From Candidatus Omnitrophota bacterium (GTDB lineage: Bacteria; Omnitrophota; Gorgyraeia; VGKN01): 59,383 nt of DNA. The notes beneath the pieces were generated by a model. The model was given only the letters and a program-made list of their open reading frames with translations, did not search any database and was not told where the DNA came from. Positions 1 to 9,377 of the stretch are shown here, one piece after another. Position numbers and translations under genes: made by a program. Position 1 is the first letter of the stretch, and every line of letters starts with the position of its first letter. The stretch lies in the NCBI GenBank assembly GCA_043800345.1, contig JAZDNB010000015.1:1-59383 (forward strand), given 5' to 3'.

Positions 1-164
1 CTCCACGGCTTAATGGTTCGACTCCGCTCACCATCCTTCGAACCATCCTGAGCTTGTCGAAGGACAGCCGTGGTTTCTTGCTTTTCGGTCTCGTGCCATA
101 TGGCACAGGCTCATGGAGCGGAATCCCGCCCGTCCCGCAAAACGGGACTGGGTGAGGGATAAAG
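1..164. repeat. Hairpin-mosaic intergenic repeat, copy 1 (5' side cut by window edge); modules A+51-nt insert, B, C
   Basis: Near-identical to 970-1133. Outer stem 3-10/66-73 (ccacggct/agccgtgg), palindrome gtgccatatggcac 93-106, hairpin gtcccg-caaaa-cgggac 132-148. Ends gggataaag 2 nt from the rplI stop. Confidence 0.85.
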
Positions 165-165
165 A

Positions 166-609
166 TTATTCCTTCACAACCCAGAGGCGAATCTCTGTTT
201 TTATCTCGGGATGCAACCGTATGGCAACCTGGTATATTCCCAGGGCCTTTAAGGGTTCATCCAGCAATATATCTCTTTTGTCTATTTCTATCCCTTCGCT
301 TTTAAGTGCCTGGGCTATGTCGGCGGTATTGACGACCCCGAACAGCTTGCCTTCTTCGCCTGTTTTCACTTTTACCGTACAAGAGAGGGTGTTCAGTTTT
401 TCAGCAAGAACCATGGCATCCTGTTTTTTCTTTTCTGCAAGTTCTTGTGCTTTTCGTTTTTCTATTTCGAATCCTTTCAGGTTCTTCTGGGAATATTCCA
501 CCGCCAGGTCCTTGGGAAACAGATAGTTCCTTGCAAAACCCGCCTTTGCCTCAATTACCTGTCCAAGTTTTCCTATTTTTTCCACATCTTTCTTTAATAT
601 AATCTTCAT
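166..609 (-). CDS. rplI: 50S ribosomal protein bL9
   Basis: 147-aa ORF. MKIILKKDVEKIGKLG...ARNYLFPK is a typical L9 N-domain. ATG with GGAG upstream. Last gene of the rpsF-ssb-rpsR-rplI block. Confidence 0.95.
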   Translation of the reverse strand: MKIILKKDVEKIGKLGQVIEAKAGFARNYLFPKDLAVEYSQKNLKGFEIEKRKAQELAEKKKQDAMVLAEKLNTLSCTVKVKTGEEGKLFGVVNTADIAQALKSEGIEIDKRDILLDEPLKALGIYQVAIRLHPEIKTEIRLWVVKE

Positions 610-641
610 CTCTGCTCCATGGATATAACGTGCATTTTTAT

Positions 642-905
642 CTATTCACCCGTATACGGCAAAAACGCTACATACCGTGCCCGTTTAATCGCACGGCTAA
701 GTTTTCGCTGGTGCGATGCACAGTTTCCGGATATACGCCTCGGCATAATCTTGCCCCGTTCCGTAATATATTTCTGAAGTCTCATAATATCCTTGTAATC
801 AACCAGATCAAGTTTGTCCCCACAAAACCTGCAGACCCTTTTTCTTATAAATTTCGGTTTTTCTTTCAGCGGGGTTCTCTTTTTATCCCTTTGCATATAT
901 GCCAT
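642..905 (-). CDS. rpsR: 30S ribosomal protein bS18
   Basis: 87 aa. [15 protein letters not shown]...[28 protein letters not shown] is typical S18. AAGGAGG precedes the ATG. Confidence 0.95.
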   Translation of the reverse strand: MAYMQRDKKRTPLKEKPKFIRKRVCRFCGDKLDLVDYKDIMRLQKYITERGKIMPRRISGNCASHQRKLSRAIKRARYVAFLPYTGE

Positions 906-963
906 TTATTTCCTCCTTACAAATTTTTTTATAATCATTATAGTGCTGTACTCACGGTTATTT

Positions 964-1133
964 ATGAAGCTCCACGGCTTAATGGTTCGACTCCGCTCAC
1001 CATCCTTCGAACCATCCTGAGCTTGTCGAAGGACAGCCGTGGTTTCTGGCTTTTCGGTCTCGTGCCATATGGCACAGGCTCATGGAGCGGAAGACCGTCC
1101 GTCCCGCAAAACGGGACTGGGTGCGGGATAAAC
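964..1133. repeat. Hairpin-mosaic intergenic repeat, copy 2 (complete: A+insert, B, C)
   Basis: Fills the ssb-rpsR intergenic gap. Same order and orientation of modules as copy 1, with a few substitutions. ORFs 630..1202, 814..1020 and 962..1168 run through it and are judged spurious. Confidence 0.9.
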
Positions 1134-1145
1134 AAGGTGTCATTG

Positions 1146-1595
1146 TTAAAAAGGGACTTCTTCATCATTCTTTTTGTCTGTGCTTTGGCCGGTGTCTTCT
1201 GATACCGGCTCCTCTGGCGGCACCTCGCCCGGCTCGATATCCTTAGATTCGCCTGTTTCTGCCTGTTTTAATCTCGTTAAAAATTGAACTCTGTCTGCGA
1301 TCACCTCAATAGTGCTTCTTTTTTGCCCCTCCTGTTCCCACGTGCGATATTGGAGCCTTCCTTCTACGAACACCTGACTGCCTTTGCTTAAATATTGATT
1401 CACGTTCTCGGCTTGCTTACCCCATACTACAACCCTAACAAAACACGTTTCTTCTCTTTTTTCCCCCGATTGAAGCACAAACGTCCTGTTAATAGCCATA
1501 GAAAAATTACATACGGCTGCACCCGAAGGCGTATATCGTAATTCGGGGTCACGGGTTAAATTCCCTATTAACAATACCTTATTTAATGTAGCCAT
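1146..1595 (-). CDS. ssb: Single-stranded DNA-binding protein
   Basis: MATLNKVLLIGNLTRDPELRYTPSG OB-fold start and acidic tail ending DEEVPF. I prefer the ATG at 1595 (GAGGTGG upstream) over the GTG at 1601. Confidence 0.93.
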   Translation of the reverse strand: MATLNKVLLIGNLTRDPELRYTPSGAAVCNFSMAINRTFVLQSGEKREETCFVRVVVWGKQAENVNQYLSKGSQVFVEGRLQYRTWEQEGQKRSTIEVIADRVQFLTRLKQAETGESKDIEPGEVPPEEPVSEDTGQSTDKKNDEEVPF

Positions 1596-1614
1596 TACCA
1601 CCTCACCTGGTTTA

Positions 1615-1899
1615 TCATTCTTTTACGGTTATCATAATTCTGAGCACTGACTCATTAAGTTTCAGCATTTTCTCAATAGCCAATATGGCAGAAGGTTTTG
1701 CCGCAAAATAAATAAGTATATAGACACTTTCTTTACATTTTTTAATTTTGAAAGTCAGTGATTTTTTCCCGAGATTTTCTATTTTTTCTATGGTAGCTTC
1801 GTTTTTCTGCAGTACATCCTTTAGCACGCTTATAGCTTTTTCAAGATTTTCTTCCGCAAGATTGGGGCTTAGTAAAAACATTCCTTCATAATTTTTCAA
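1615..1899 (-). CDS. rpsF: 30S ribosomal protein bS6
   Basis: 94 aa. (M)KNYEGMFLLSP matches the S6 N-terminus. TTG start with GGAGG 6 nt upstream. TTGA overlap with the pth stop. Confidence 0.9.
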   Translation of the reverse strand: MKNYEGMFLLSPNLAEENLEKAISVLKDVLQKNEATIEKIENLGKKSLTFKIKKCKESVYILIYFAAKPSAILAIEKMLKLNESVLRIMITVKE

Positions 1900-2477
1900 T
1901 TCTTACCTCCGTTAATTTTTAATGAATTAAAGTTATTCATTGCAACATCCATACCGTCTCTTACCCATGTTTCTAACGCATTACAAGAAACCCCTATCAT
2001 TTCTTTAAGAAATGGCAGCTCTTCCTTTTTAAACTTATCTAATACGTACTGAGAAAGCCCGCTACGAGAGGGACGGCCGATACCGATACGAAGCCTGTTA
2101 AATTTTATGGTACCTACCGCCTCGATGATCGAGCGGAGTCCTTTATGGCCGCCGTCGCTGCCCGCTGCCCTCAGCCGTATTTTCCCAAACATCAGATCCG
2201 CATCATCTGCAATTACGATTACGTCGTCTAACGTTATAATGTTTGATGTAATGAGGTTTCTAACACAATTTCCGACAAGGTTCATATAGGTAAGCGGTTT
2301 TGCAAGTATCGCTTTGCTATGTCCAACCCTCCCATAACCATATACTGCCTGCGAACTTATCTTTCTTAATTCTATCTTATGCTTTTTTGAAAGAGCATCT
2401 ATAACGCTAAACCCTATATTATGTCGGGTGTTACTATATAACCTTCCGGGATTTCCTAAACCCACTATCAATTTCAT
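1896..2477 (-). CDS. pth: Peptidyl-tRNA hydrolase
   Basis: 193 aa. MKLIVGLGNPG...TRHNIGF...GGHKGLRSI motifs. Confidence 0.95.
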   Translation of the reverse strand: MKLIVGLGNPGRLYSNTRHNIGFSVIDALSKKHKIELRKISSQAVYGYGRVGHSKAILAKPLTYMNLVGNCVRNLITSNIITLDDVIVIADDADLMFGKIRLRAAGSDGGHKGLRSIIEAVGTIKFNRLRIGIGRPSRSGLSQYVLDKFKKEELPFLKEMIGVSCNALETWVRDGMDVAMNNFNSLKINGGKN

Positions 2478-2487
2478 ACAAAAATTA

Positions 2488-3174
2488 TTATTTTTCTTTC
2501 TTAGGCTCTTCTGCTTTTGTCCCCTCTGCTTCAGGTTCTTCTTTCTTCTGTTTGATAACCTCCGGTTCCTGGGCTTCTTCAGCCGTAGGCGCAGTTACTA
2601 CCTCTTCTACCCGCGGAGCCTCAACAGAGAAGATCACTGCCTCCGGATCGGTAACCACCCTTATCCCCGAAGGCACTACCAGGTCCTTTACATGCAAGAG
2701 GTCTCCTATTTTTAAATTGGTAACATCCGCTTCGATAGATTGCGGAATCTGCGTCGGGAGACATTCTATTTCCAAATCTCTCAATACATGTGCGAGCACT
2801 CCGTCCTCTTTTACGCCTATAGATTCGCCTTTTGAGACTATCGGCACGCTCACCACAATCTTTTCGGTAAGAGATATCTGATTAAAATCCGCGTGGATGA
2901 TGTCATCCGTCAAAGGATTAACTTGAATTTCCTTGATAATAACCGTCTTATCCTTGACTTTTTTTTCGGATTTGAAGTTTAACGTAATGATGACATTTTC
3001 ACCGGCCTGTGTATGGATGGCATTAGAAAAAGCTTTTTTATTTACCTTGATAGCAACGGCTTCTTCGCCTTTTTTATACACCACTGCTGGTATGAGGCTC
3101 GTTTGCCTCAACTTTTTTACCGCCTGTTTTCCTTTTTCTTCTCTTGACTCAACTTCCAAATTTACCTGTTCCAT
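2488..3174 (-). CDS. rplY: 50S ribosomal protein bL25 / general stress protein Ctc (long form)
   Basis: 228 aa. R..GK...KLRQTSLIPAVVY start and an acidic/Lys-rich tail. Conserved pth-ctc-prs neighbourhood. Confidence 0.9.
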   Translation of the reverse strand: MEQVNLEVESREEKGKQAVKKLRQTSLIPAVVYKKGEEAVAIKVNKKAFSNAIHTQAGENVIITLNFKSEKKVKDKTVIIKEIQVNPLTDDIIHADFNQISLTEKIVVSVPIVSKGESIGVKEDGVLAHVLRDLEIECLPTQIPQSIEADVTNLKIGDLLHVKDLVVPSGIRVVTDPEAVIFSVEAPRVEEVVTAPTAEEAQEPEVIKQKKEEPEAEGTKAEEPKKEK

Positions 3175-3189
3175 AGTAGATACTCCTTA

Positions 3190-4128
3190 TTAAACAAATA
3201 GTGAACTGACTGATTCTTCGTTATGTATACGCTTTATGGCCTCACCGAGAAGATTACCTATAGATAACACCTTGATCTTTTTATTTTTCTTTTCTTTCGG
3301 AAGGGGAATCGTATCCGTGACTACTACTTCCTTAAGCGGGCTTTTCTGTATTCGTTCAATTGCCGGTCCTGAAAATATCCCGTGGCTTATGCCGGCATAG
3401 ATATCTTTTGCCCCTGCCTCTTTAAGCGCACACGCCGCCTCGGTAATGGAACCTCCCGTTGAAATCTGATCATCAACGATAACCACATTTTTTCCTTTGA
3501 CATCTCCGAGGATATTCATTACCTCGGCATTCTGGTGGTCAAGCCTTCTTTTGTCCACCACCGCAAGGTCCGCATTGAGTCTTTTTGAAAATGCACGCGC
3601 CATCTTTATACCGCCTACATCGGGGCTTACAACGACAAAATTTTTAATTTTTAATTTTTTATAGTATTCGATAAACACGGGTGCTGCAAAAAGATGATCC
3701 ATCGGAATATTAAAAAATCCCTGAATCTGTCCGGCATGCAGGTCAATGGTCAAAATTCTTCCGGCACCGCTTACCGTAATAAGGTCGGCGATAAGTTTTG
3801 CGGTTATGGGAACTCGCGGCTGGTCCTTCCTGTCCTGCCGGGCATACCCATAGAAAGGCACTACCGCGGTAAGTCTCTGCGCCGATGCACGTTTTAATGC
3901 ATCCATCATAATCAAAAGTTCTACTAAATTATCGTTAACGGGCGGACATGTGGATTGCACCACAAACACATCTTTTCCTCGCACATCCTGATTTATTTTT
4001 ACGCGAATCTCACCTTCTGAAAATGTAGATACCAATGCGTCTCCGAGAGGAATGTGCAAGTACCTGCAGATTGCCTTTGCTAAGGAAGGGTTTGAATTAC
4101 CGCTAAAGACTACGAGTTTGTCTTTCAT
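3190..4128 (-). CDS. prs: Ribose-phosphate pyrophosphokinase
   Basis: 312 aa. VVPFYGYARQDRK and DLHAGQIQGFF motifs. Confidence 0.95.
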   Translation of the reverse strand: MKDKLVVFSGNSNPSLAKAICRYLHIPLGDALVSTFSEGEIRVKINQDVRGKDVFVVQSTCPPVNDNLVELLIMMDALKRASAQRLTAVVPFYGYARQDRKDQPRVPITAKLIADLITVSGAGRILTIDLHAGQIQGFFNIPMDHLFAAPVFIEYYKKLKIKNFVVVSPDVGGIKMARAFSKRLNADLAVVDKRRLDHQNAEVMNILGDVKGKNVVIVDDQISTGGSITEAACALKEAGAKDIYAGISHGIFSGPAIERIQKSPLKEVVVTDTIPLPKEKKNKKIKVLSIGNLLGEAIKRIHNEESVSSLFV

Positions 4129-5417
4129 CGGGGGTAACTCCTTTTTTTAAGCACCCTTGCGGGAACGCCTACGACTACTGTTTTATCGGGAACGTCCTTT
4201 CCTTTTGGCACAACGCATCCCGCACCCGTAACCGCCCAATTGCCGATTTTGACGGGGGCTACGAGCACCGTACCGCTGCCGATAAATGCGTGATTGCCAA
4301 TATGCGTTTTGTTTTTAGCCACTCCGTTATAATTAGCGGTTATCGTGCCCGCGCCTATATTAACGTTTGAGCCGACAAAAGCGTCCCCTATATAACTAAA
4401 ATGATTTATCTTTGTCTTGTTTTTAATATGGCTGCGCGTTATCTCGACAAAGTTTCCTATTTTTGCGTTATCCTCTATTACCGTACCGCTTCTTAACCTG
4501 CAGAAAGGGCCTATGGAACAATATTTCCCTATGGTAACATCCGTTTCAATATAGACAAAAGGATAGATAACGGTTTCTTCTCCTATTCGGACGTTATAAT
4601 CTATAAACGTAGTATGAGGATCGATAACGGTAATGCCTTTTGACATAAACTGTTCGAGAATTCTGTTTCGCATAATATCGTATGCAAAACTTAAGTCTTT
4701 TCTCGAATTTATGCCGATTATTTCATAAGGTTCATCGCTCACATACGTGGCTATTCTCTCTTTGTGTTTTTTAAGTAATTCTATAGTATCAGTAAGATAA
4801 TATTCCCCTTTTCTTGCTTTTACCATAAGTTCATCTAAGACATAAAAAAGCTTTTTTGCATTAAAACAATAGGTGCCTGAATTTATCTCTGAAACCACTT
4901 TTTGGTAGAGCGAGGCCTCTTTTTCTTCGACGATTTTTATAACCTCTCCCTCATCATTTCTCATGATACGACCGTAGCCTGTCGGGTCTTTTATATGGGC
5001 ACTCAAAATTGAACAGGCAACCCCTTCTTTTATATGCAGCGCAATAAGGCTGCGAAGGGTTTCTGTCTTAACAAGAGGGGCATCCGCATATGCCGCCATA
5101 ATAGTGCCGTCAAAATTTGCAAGCCGTTTCTTTGTTCTGTAAAGGGCATCGGCAGTTCCCAGAAGTTCTTTTTGGATAACTGTTTCTATGCGAAGATTCG
5201 TGCGGGAATTTTTTTGGAAGTGAGCAAGGTATTCCTTCACAAGCTCCGGTTTGTGTCCTACAACACATATTATTTTTTCAATACCGGCTTCTTCGAGTGC
5301 GGTAAGCACATACCATAGAAGCGGCCTACCCCACAGCATATGCAGTACCTTAGGCATAGCGGATTTCATCCGCTTACCTTCTCCTGCTGCAAGCACAACA
5401 CCGACTATCCCCTTCAT
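4125..5417 (-). CDS. glmU: Bifunctional GlcNAc-1-P uridylyltransferase / GlcN-1-P acetyltransferase
   Basis: 430 aa. VLAAGEGKRMKS nucleotidyltransferase start plus a C-terminal hexapeptide-repeat (LbH) domain. Confidence 0.9.
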   Translation of the reverse strand: MKGIVGVVLAAGEGKRMKSAMPKVLHMLWGRPLLWYVLTALEEAGIEKIICVVGHKPELVKEYLAHFQKNSRTNLRIETVIQKELLGTADALYRTKKRLANFDGTIMAAYADAPLVKTETLRSLIALHIKEGVACSILSAHIKDPTGYGRIMRNDEGEVIKIVEEKEASLYQKVVSEINSGTYCFNAKKLFYVLDELMVKARKGEYYLTDTIELLKKHKERIATYVSDEPYEIIGINSRKDLSFAYDIMRNRILEQFMSKGITVIDPHTTFIDYNVRIGEETVIYPFVYIETDVTIGKYCSIGPFCRLRSGTVIEDNAKIGNFVEITRSHIKNKTKINHFSYIGDAFVGSNVNIGAGTITANYNGVAKNKTHIGNHAFIGSGTVLVAPVKIGNWAVTGAGCVVPKGKDVPDKTVVVGVPARVLKKRSYPR

Positions 5418-5424
5418 GACAAAC

Positions 5425-6666
5425 CTATGCTACCCTCTTTTTAGATTCTTTCTTTGAAATAAGCTGTGTTTTAATTTTATTGTTTACCGAATCAAATATC
5501 ACGACGCATTCGCATATATCGGATTCTGACGGCAAGATATACATCGCCTCAAGCATAGTATCTTCAAGTATGGCCCTGAGCGCACGCGCACCGGTTCCTT
5601 TTTTCATAGCCTCATGTGCAATATACCGCAGCGCCTCATTTTCAAAACTAAGTTTTACATTTTCTAATTCAAAAAACTTCATATACTGCTTAACAATCGC
5701 GTTCTTCGGTTTTGTAAGGACTTCGATAAGCGCCTGTTCATCTAAAGGACTGAGCGTCGAAACAACGGGAAGCCTGCCGACAAATTCGGGTATCATTCCG
5801 AATTTAAGAAGATCATCCGGTTCTACCTGAGCTAAAAGCTCCGCTATCTCCTTATAATTTTTATGATGCGCTTCACTTCCAAATCCTATAACCTTTTTCC
5901 CTATCCTTCGTTCGATAATTTTATCAAGGCCAACAAAAGTACCTCCGCAGATAAATAATATATTTGTGGTATCAATACGGATAAACTCTTGGTGGGGGTG
6001 TTTTCTCCCGCCCTGCGGAGGAACGTTAGCCGTAGTCCCTTCCAAAATCTTAAGGAGCGCCTGCTGTACCCCTTCTCCCGATACATCTCTGGTTATGGAT
6101 ACATTCTCCTGCGTCTTGCCGATTTTATCTATTTCATCTATATACACTATGCCGCATTCGGCTTTTTTTACGTCATAATCACAACTCTGAAGAAGTCTCA
6201 CCAGTACATTCTCCACGTCTTCCCCTACATATCCTGCTTCGGTAAGAGGCGTCGCATCACAGAGGGCAAAAGGAACGTCTAATATCTTTGCAAGCGTCCT
6301 CGCAAGGAGTGTCTTACCGCTTCCCGTAGGACCCACCAGGAGAACGTTGGATTTTTCAAGCTCCACATCCTGAATATCGATATCGGCCTGGAGCCTTTTA
6401 TAATGATTGTAGACGGCTACCGAAAGCTGACGTTTTGCCCGTTCCTGAGCTATTACATATTGATCAAGCTGCCGTTTTATCTCAACCGGTTTTGACATAT
6501 TTTTTATTACCGGGGCGGGCTTCTGTTTCTTCTGCGCCTGTTCTTCTTTTAACAAAACTTCGTTACAAAATTTAATACAGGAATCGCACACATATACGCC
6601 GTGCCCGCTGAATAATTTTTTTACCCGCTCTTTACTTCTCCCGCAAAAAGAACATTTTTCAAGCAT
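5425..6666 (-). CDS. clpX: ATP-dependent Clp protease ATP-binding subunit ClpX
   Basis: 413 aa. N-terminal zinc finger CSFCGR...CDSC, Walker [13 protein letters not shown] loop. No clpP is adjacent. Confidence 0.95.
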   Translation of the reverse strand: MLEKCSFCGRSKERVKKLFSGHGVYVCDSCIKFCNEVLLKEEQAQKKQKPAPVIKNMSKPVEIKRQLDQYVIAQERAKRQLSVAVYNHYKRLQADIDIQDVELEKSNVLLVGPTGSGKTLLARTLAKILDVPFALCDATPLTEAGYVGEDVENVLVRLLQSCDYDVKKAECGIVYIDEIDKIGKTQENVSITRDVSGEGVQQALLKILEGTTANVPPQGGRKHPHQEFIRIDTTNILFICGGTFVGLDKIIERRIGKKVIGFGSEAHHKNYKEIAELLAQVEPDDLLKFGMIPEFVGRLPVVSTLSPLDEQALIEVLTKPKNAIVKQYMKFFELENVKLSFENEALRYIAHEAMKKGTGARALRAILEDTMLEAMYILPSESDICECVVIFDSVNNKIKTQLISKKESKKRVA

Positions 6667-6902
6667 TATCTGTCCTTATGAATTTTTAGAATTATTGCAC
6701 CCTATAGTGTTACTATTATACACTTTTGTTCTTGGCATTGCTTCATCCGCAAAAAAATATTTTGCATGTATGCATCCTACGTTTTGGGTGATTTTGTTTC
6801 TGAGATGCCTCGGGATGGAGTTCGCCATATCAGTCGGGATGGCTCCTTCTGTACATCTTTTGTATCGTCCGTCCTATCTGCGCCCACGCCTGCTTACATA
6901 AG

Positions 6903-6973
6903 CTGCCCGGCGAGGACTCGAACCTCGAAACTCAGACCCAAATTCTGATGTGTTACCATTACACTACCGGGCA
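6903..6973 (-). tRNA. tRNA-Gln (anticodon TTG)
   Basis: Hand-folded cloverleaf: acceptor tgcccgg/ccgggca, anticodon arm tcaga-atTTGgg-tctga, T arm cgagg-ttcgagt-cctcg, 4-nt variable loop. CCA not encoded. Confidence 0.85.
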
Positions 6974-6980
6974 ACAAATA

Positions 6981-7409
6981 CTACACGTTGCTATCTGAGT
7001 AATCCGTCGTCTCGTGAGTCGATGGTCCTTTTGCCTTTTCCTGTTCGTATGCCTCCAATACTTTCTTCTGAAGATATTCCCTAAATTCCTGCGTAATAGG
7101 ATGGGCAATATCCTTATGTTCCGACTGCCGCTCTGTTTCGCTATCAAAAGAAACCGGCATTCTCTGGGGTTGAGGAAGCGAGTTCCCGCAATTATTGCAA
7201 TATTTGCTGTGAAGCACGTTCTTATGGGAACATTTTGGACAGGCCTCCTTAAGCTTTCTCGAGGGCATGGCAACAAACAGCCCTTTCGTACCTTCTATAA
7301 CTTTTATATCTCTCACAACAAAGGCATTATCAAAGGTTACGGTTGTATATGCCTTCAGTTTGCGATCTTGTGAGTTTTTTATAAAAATCCTCATCTCTGT
7401 GATTTCCAC
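6981..7409 (-). CDS. spoVG: SpoVG-family protein with an inserted CxxC-x10-CxxC zinc ribbon
   Basis: 142 aa. (M)EITEMRIFIK...FVVRDIKVIEG..GLFVAMPSRK ... DIAHPI matches the SpoVG core. About 46 aa containing CPKC/CNNC replaces the usual short loop. GTG start with AGGAGG upstream. Confidence 0.85.
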   Translation of the reverse strand: MEITEMRIFIKNSQDRKLKAYTTVTFDNAFVVRDIKVIEGTKGLFVAMPSRKLKEACPKCSHKNVLHSKYCNNCGNSLPQPQRMPVSFDSETERQSEHKDIAHPITQEFREYLQKKVLEAYEQEKAKGPSTHETTDYSDSNV

Positions 7410-7433
7410 GACGCCCCGACCTCCTTTTAAAAT

Positions 7434-8375
7434 CTAAAATGTCTTTGCTATAAAGATATCCCAGTTATTTTGCCTTTGCAATTCGTCCTTGATGGCGATA
7501 GCCTCCTTTCTTGATTTTACTAATCCAAAAACAGTTGGACCGCTTCCGCTCATAAGCGGTTTTATACCATAACGCTCCAAGGCTTTTTTCGCATTACGGA
7601 CTTCGACAAACTTCTTCTCTGTTACTTGTTGTAACCTGTTATATAATATAGTATTAATATAGTTAAGTATTGTAGTTATACTACTGGCACTATTTTTTGT
7701 CAAGCGCAATTTTCTTTCTATTTTTTCTATCGTACGTGCTATGGTGTGTGCCATAACAGAACGGTCTATTTTTTTTTCATAATTATTTGTAAAATTTGTA
7801 GCTAGATTATTTTTCTCTATCTTTATCTCTTGATATATGTCCCGCGTATACACCGTAACAGGAGGATGAATAAGAATATGCCAAAGTTTTGCCTTTACGG
7901 TAAGGGCGGTGACGATATCGCCGCGGCCTTCTCCTATCGCAAAACTCGCTTTTTCCAAAAAAAGGGGTACATCAGAGCCCAACTTCCTGCCTAACGGCAG
8001 AAGTTCCTGTTTTTTAAGACGCAGGCCAAAAACCTGGTTTGCGCCCAAAAGTACGGTTGCGGCGTTGGAGCTTCCTCCTCCAAGACCTGCAGCAATTGGT
8101 ATTTTTTTATCTATTGTTATGGAAAGGCCCGACGTTATTTTAAAACTCTTCAAAAATAACGCTGCTGCCTGAAAGGCTATATTTTTACTGCCGGAGGGAA
8201 GACTCTTGTTGTTGCTTTCTAATTTTATACCGCTCTTTATCGGGCGAAAAGTGATGGTATCGCTAAGGTCTATTTTTTCAAAAATAGTACTGATATTATG
8301 AAAACCGTCGTCTCTTGGCGACAGTACCTCAAGAAATAAATTTACCTTGGCAGGAGAGATAAGTTTTAACACCAT
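7434..8375 (-). CDS. ispE: 4-diphosphocytidyl-2-C-methyl-D-erythritol kinase
   Basis: 313 aa. PAKVNLFL and PIAAGLGGGSSNAA GHMP-kinase motifs. About 40 aa longer than E. coli IspE in one internal region. Confidence 0.9.
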   Translation of the reverse strand: MVLKLISPAKVNLFLEVLSPRDDGFHNISTIFEKIDLSDTITFRPIKSGIKLESNNKSLPSGSKNIAFQAAALFLKSFKITSGLSITIDKKIPIAAGLGGGSSNAATVLLGANQVFGLRLKKQELLPLGRKLGSDVPLFLEKASFAIGEGRGDIVTALTVKAKLWHILIHPPVTVYTRDIYQEIKIEKNNLATNFTNNYEKKIDRSVMAHTIARTIEKIERKLRLTKNSASSITTILNYINTILYNRLQQVTEKKFVEVRNAKKALERYGIKPLMSGSGPTVFGLVKSRKEAIAIKDELQRQNNWDIFIAKTF

Positions 8376-9322
8376 TATGTATGCAAAAAGGTGCGCTTTC
8401 TTTCCAAAAGCTGTTTTGCCTTTTTTACCAGATTTTCATACGTAAGATTGTACAATTTCAGCAGTTCAGCCGGCGTTCCCGATTGGCCGAACGTATCTTC
8501 AACACCTACCATATCAAGGGGAACCGGGTAGTTTCTGCCCACTATCTCGGAAACGGCACTGCCTAAACCGCCGATAATAGTATGTTCCTCCGCCGTGAGT
8601 ATGGCACGTGTTTCCTTGGCGGCGCTGATTATTGTTTTTGCGTCGATTGGTTTTATGGTGTGAAGGTTTATAATCCGTGCCTTGATGCCTTCTTTTTCCA
8701 GCACATCATGCGCCTTGAGCGCTTCGCTAACCATAAGGCCGCAGGCAATTATAGTAAGATCGCTACCGTCTTTGAGCACCTGCGCTTTTCCTATTTCAAA
8801 TGGCTCTTCCTCGTTTGTCACTATGGGAATATTATCTTTACCGAGCCGAAGATAGACGGGGCCGGGGTAGTTACAAGCTGCTTTTGTCGCTTTCTTTGCC
8901 TCAAGATAGTCGGCGGGAACGATAACCGTCATATGCGCAAGTGCCCGCATGAGGACGATCTCCTCAAGCGCTTGATGTGTTGCACCATCAGGGCCAACGG
9001 TAATACCTCCGTGTGAACCGGCGATCTTTACATTCAATTTCATCTGGCACACTGAAACTCTGAGCTGTTCCCATGTTTTTCCGGTAGCAAAAACGCCGAA
9101 GCTGCACGCAAAGGGAATTTTACCCATAAGCGCAAGCCCCGCAGCGGTACTCACCATATCCTGCTCTGCAACACCTAAGTTAAAAAATCTATGCGGAAAT
9201 TCCTTCATGAAATAATGCGCCCTGGTAGAAGACGTCAAATCTGCAGACAAAACGACCACATCGGGGTTTTCTCTTCCTAATTCTAAAAGCGCCTCGCCGA
9301 AACCTTCTCTCGTTGCTTTCAC
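8375..9322 (-). CDS. Transketolase, C-terminal (pyrimidine-binding) subunit
   Basis: 315 aa. TREGFGEAL...NLGVAEQDMV motifs. GTG start with AGGAGG upstream. Paired with the N-terminal subunit gene upstream. Confidence 0.9.
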   Translation of the reverse strand: MKATREGFGEALLELGRENPDVVVLSADLTSSTRAHYFMKEFPHRFFNLGVAEQDMVSTAAGLALMGKIPFACSFGVFATGKTWEQLRVSVCQMKLNVKIAGSHGGITVGPDGATHQALEEIVLMRALAHMTVIVPADYLEAKKATKAACNYPGPVYLRLGKDNIPIVTNEEEPFEIGKAQVLKDGSDLTIIACGLMVSEALKAHDVLEKEGIKARIINLHTIKPIDAKTIISAAKETRAILTAEEHTIIGGLGSAVSEIVGRNYPVPLDMVGVEDTFGQSGTPAELLKLYNLTYENLVKKAKQLLERKRTFLHT

Positions 9323-9377
9323 TCTGCAAACCCTCCTTATTCAATCATTATTATATGGATGGTACGTAACCGCCTGC

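Noticed and set aside
113-526. 137-aa plus-strand ORF starting inside repeat copy 1 and running antisense through rplI
   Set aside because: It starts in the repeat (MERNPARP... recurs at copy 4 as part of ORF 49009..49248). It lies entirely opposite a confidently identified rplI. It has a low-complexity, Ser/Phe-rich composition and no SD.
630-1202. Plus-strand ORFs 630..1202 and 814..1020, and minus-strand ORF 962..1168, crossing repeat copy 2
   Set aside because: They are antisense to rpsR/ssb or lie within the repeat. The peptide similarity between 962..1168 and 29074..29262 (SFDKLRMVRRMVSGVEPL) is fully explained by the identical 51-nt DNA insert, not by a protein family.
6667-6902. 236-nt gap between tRNA-Gln and clpX, including a possible ~50-codon minus-strand ORF (MANSIPRHLRNKITQ...) and a direct repeat tcgggatgg x2
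   Set aside because: The ORF's nearest AGGAG is about 14 nt from the ATG, and the peptide has no recognisable features. The 9-nt repeat is too short to interpret. The region most likely contains only the clpX promoter (a TATAAT at 6720-6715 on the minus strand). No RNA family was recognised.
7630-7815. About 40-aa AT-rich internal expansion in IspE relative to E. coli IspE
   Set aside because: It is probably a lineage-specific loop expansion. The frame is intact and the catalytic motifs are unaffected. It is not distinctive enough to report as a finding without an alignment.
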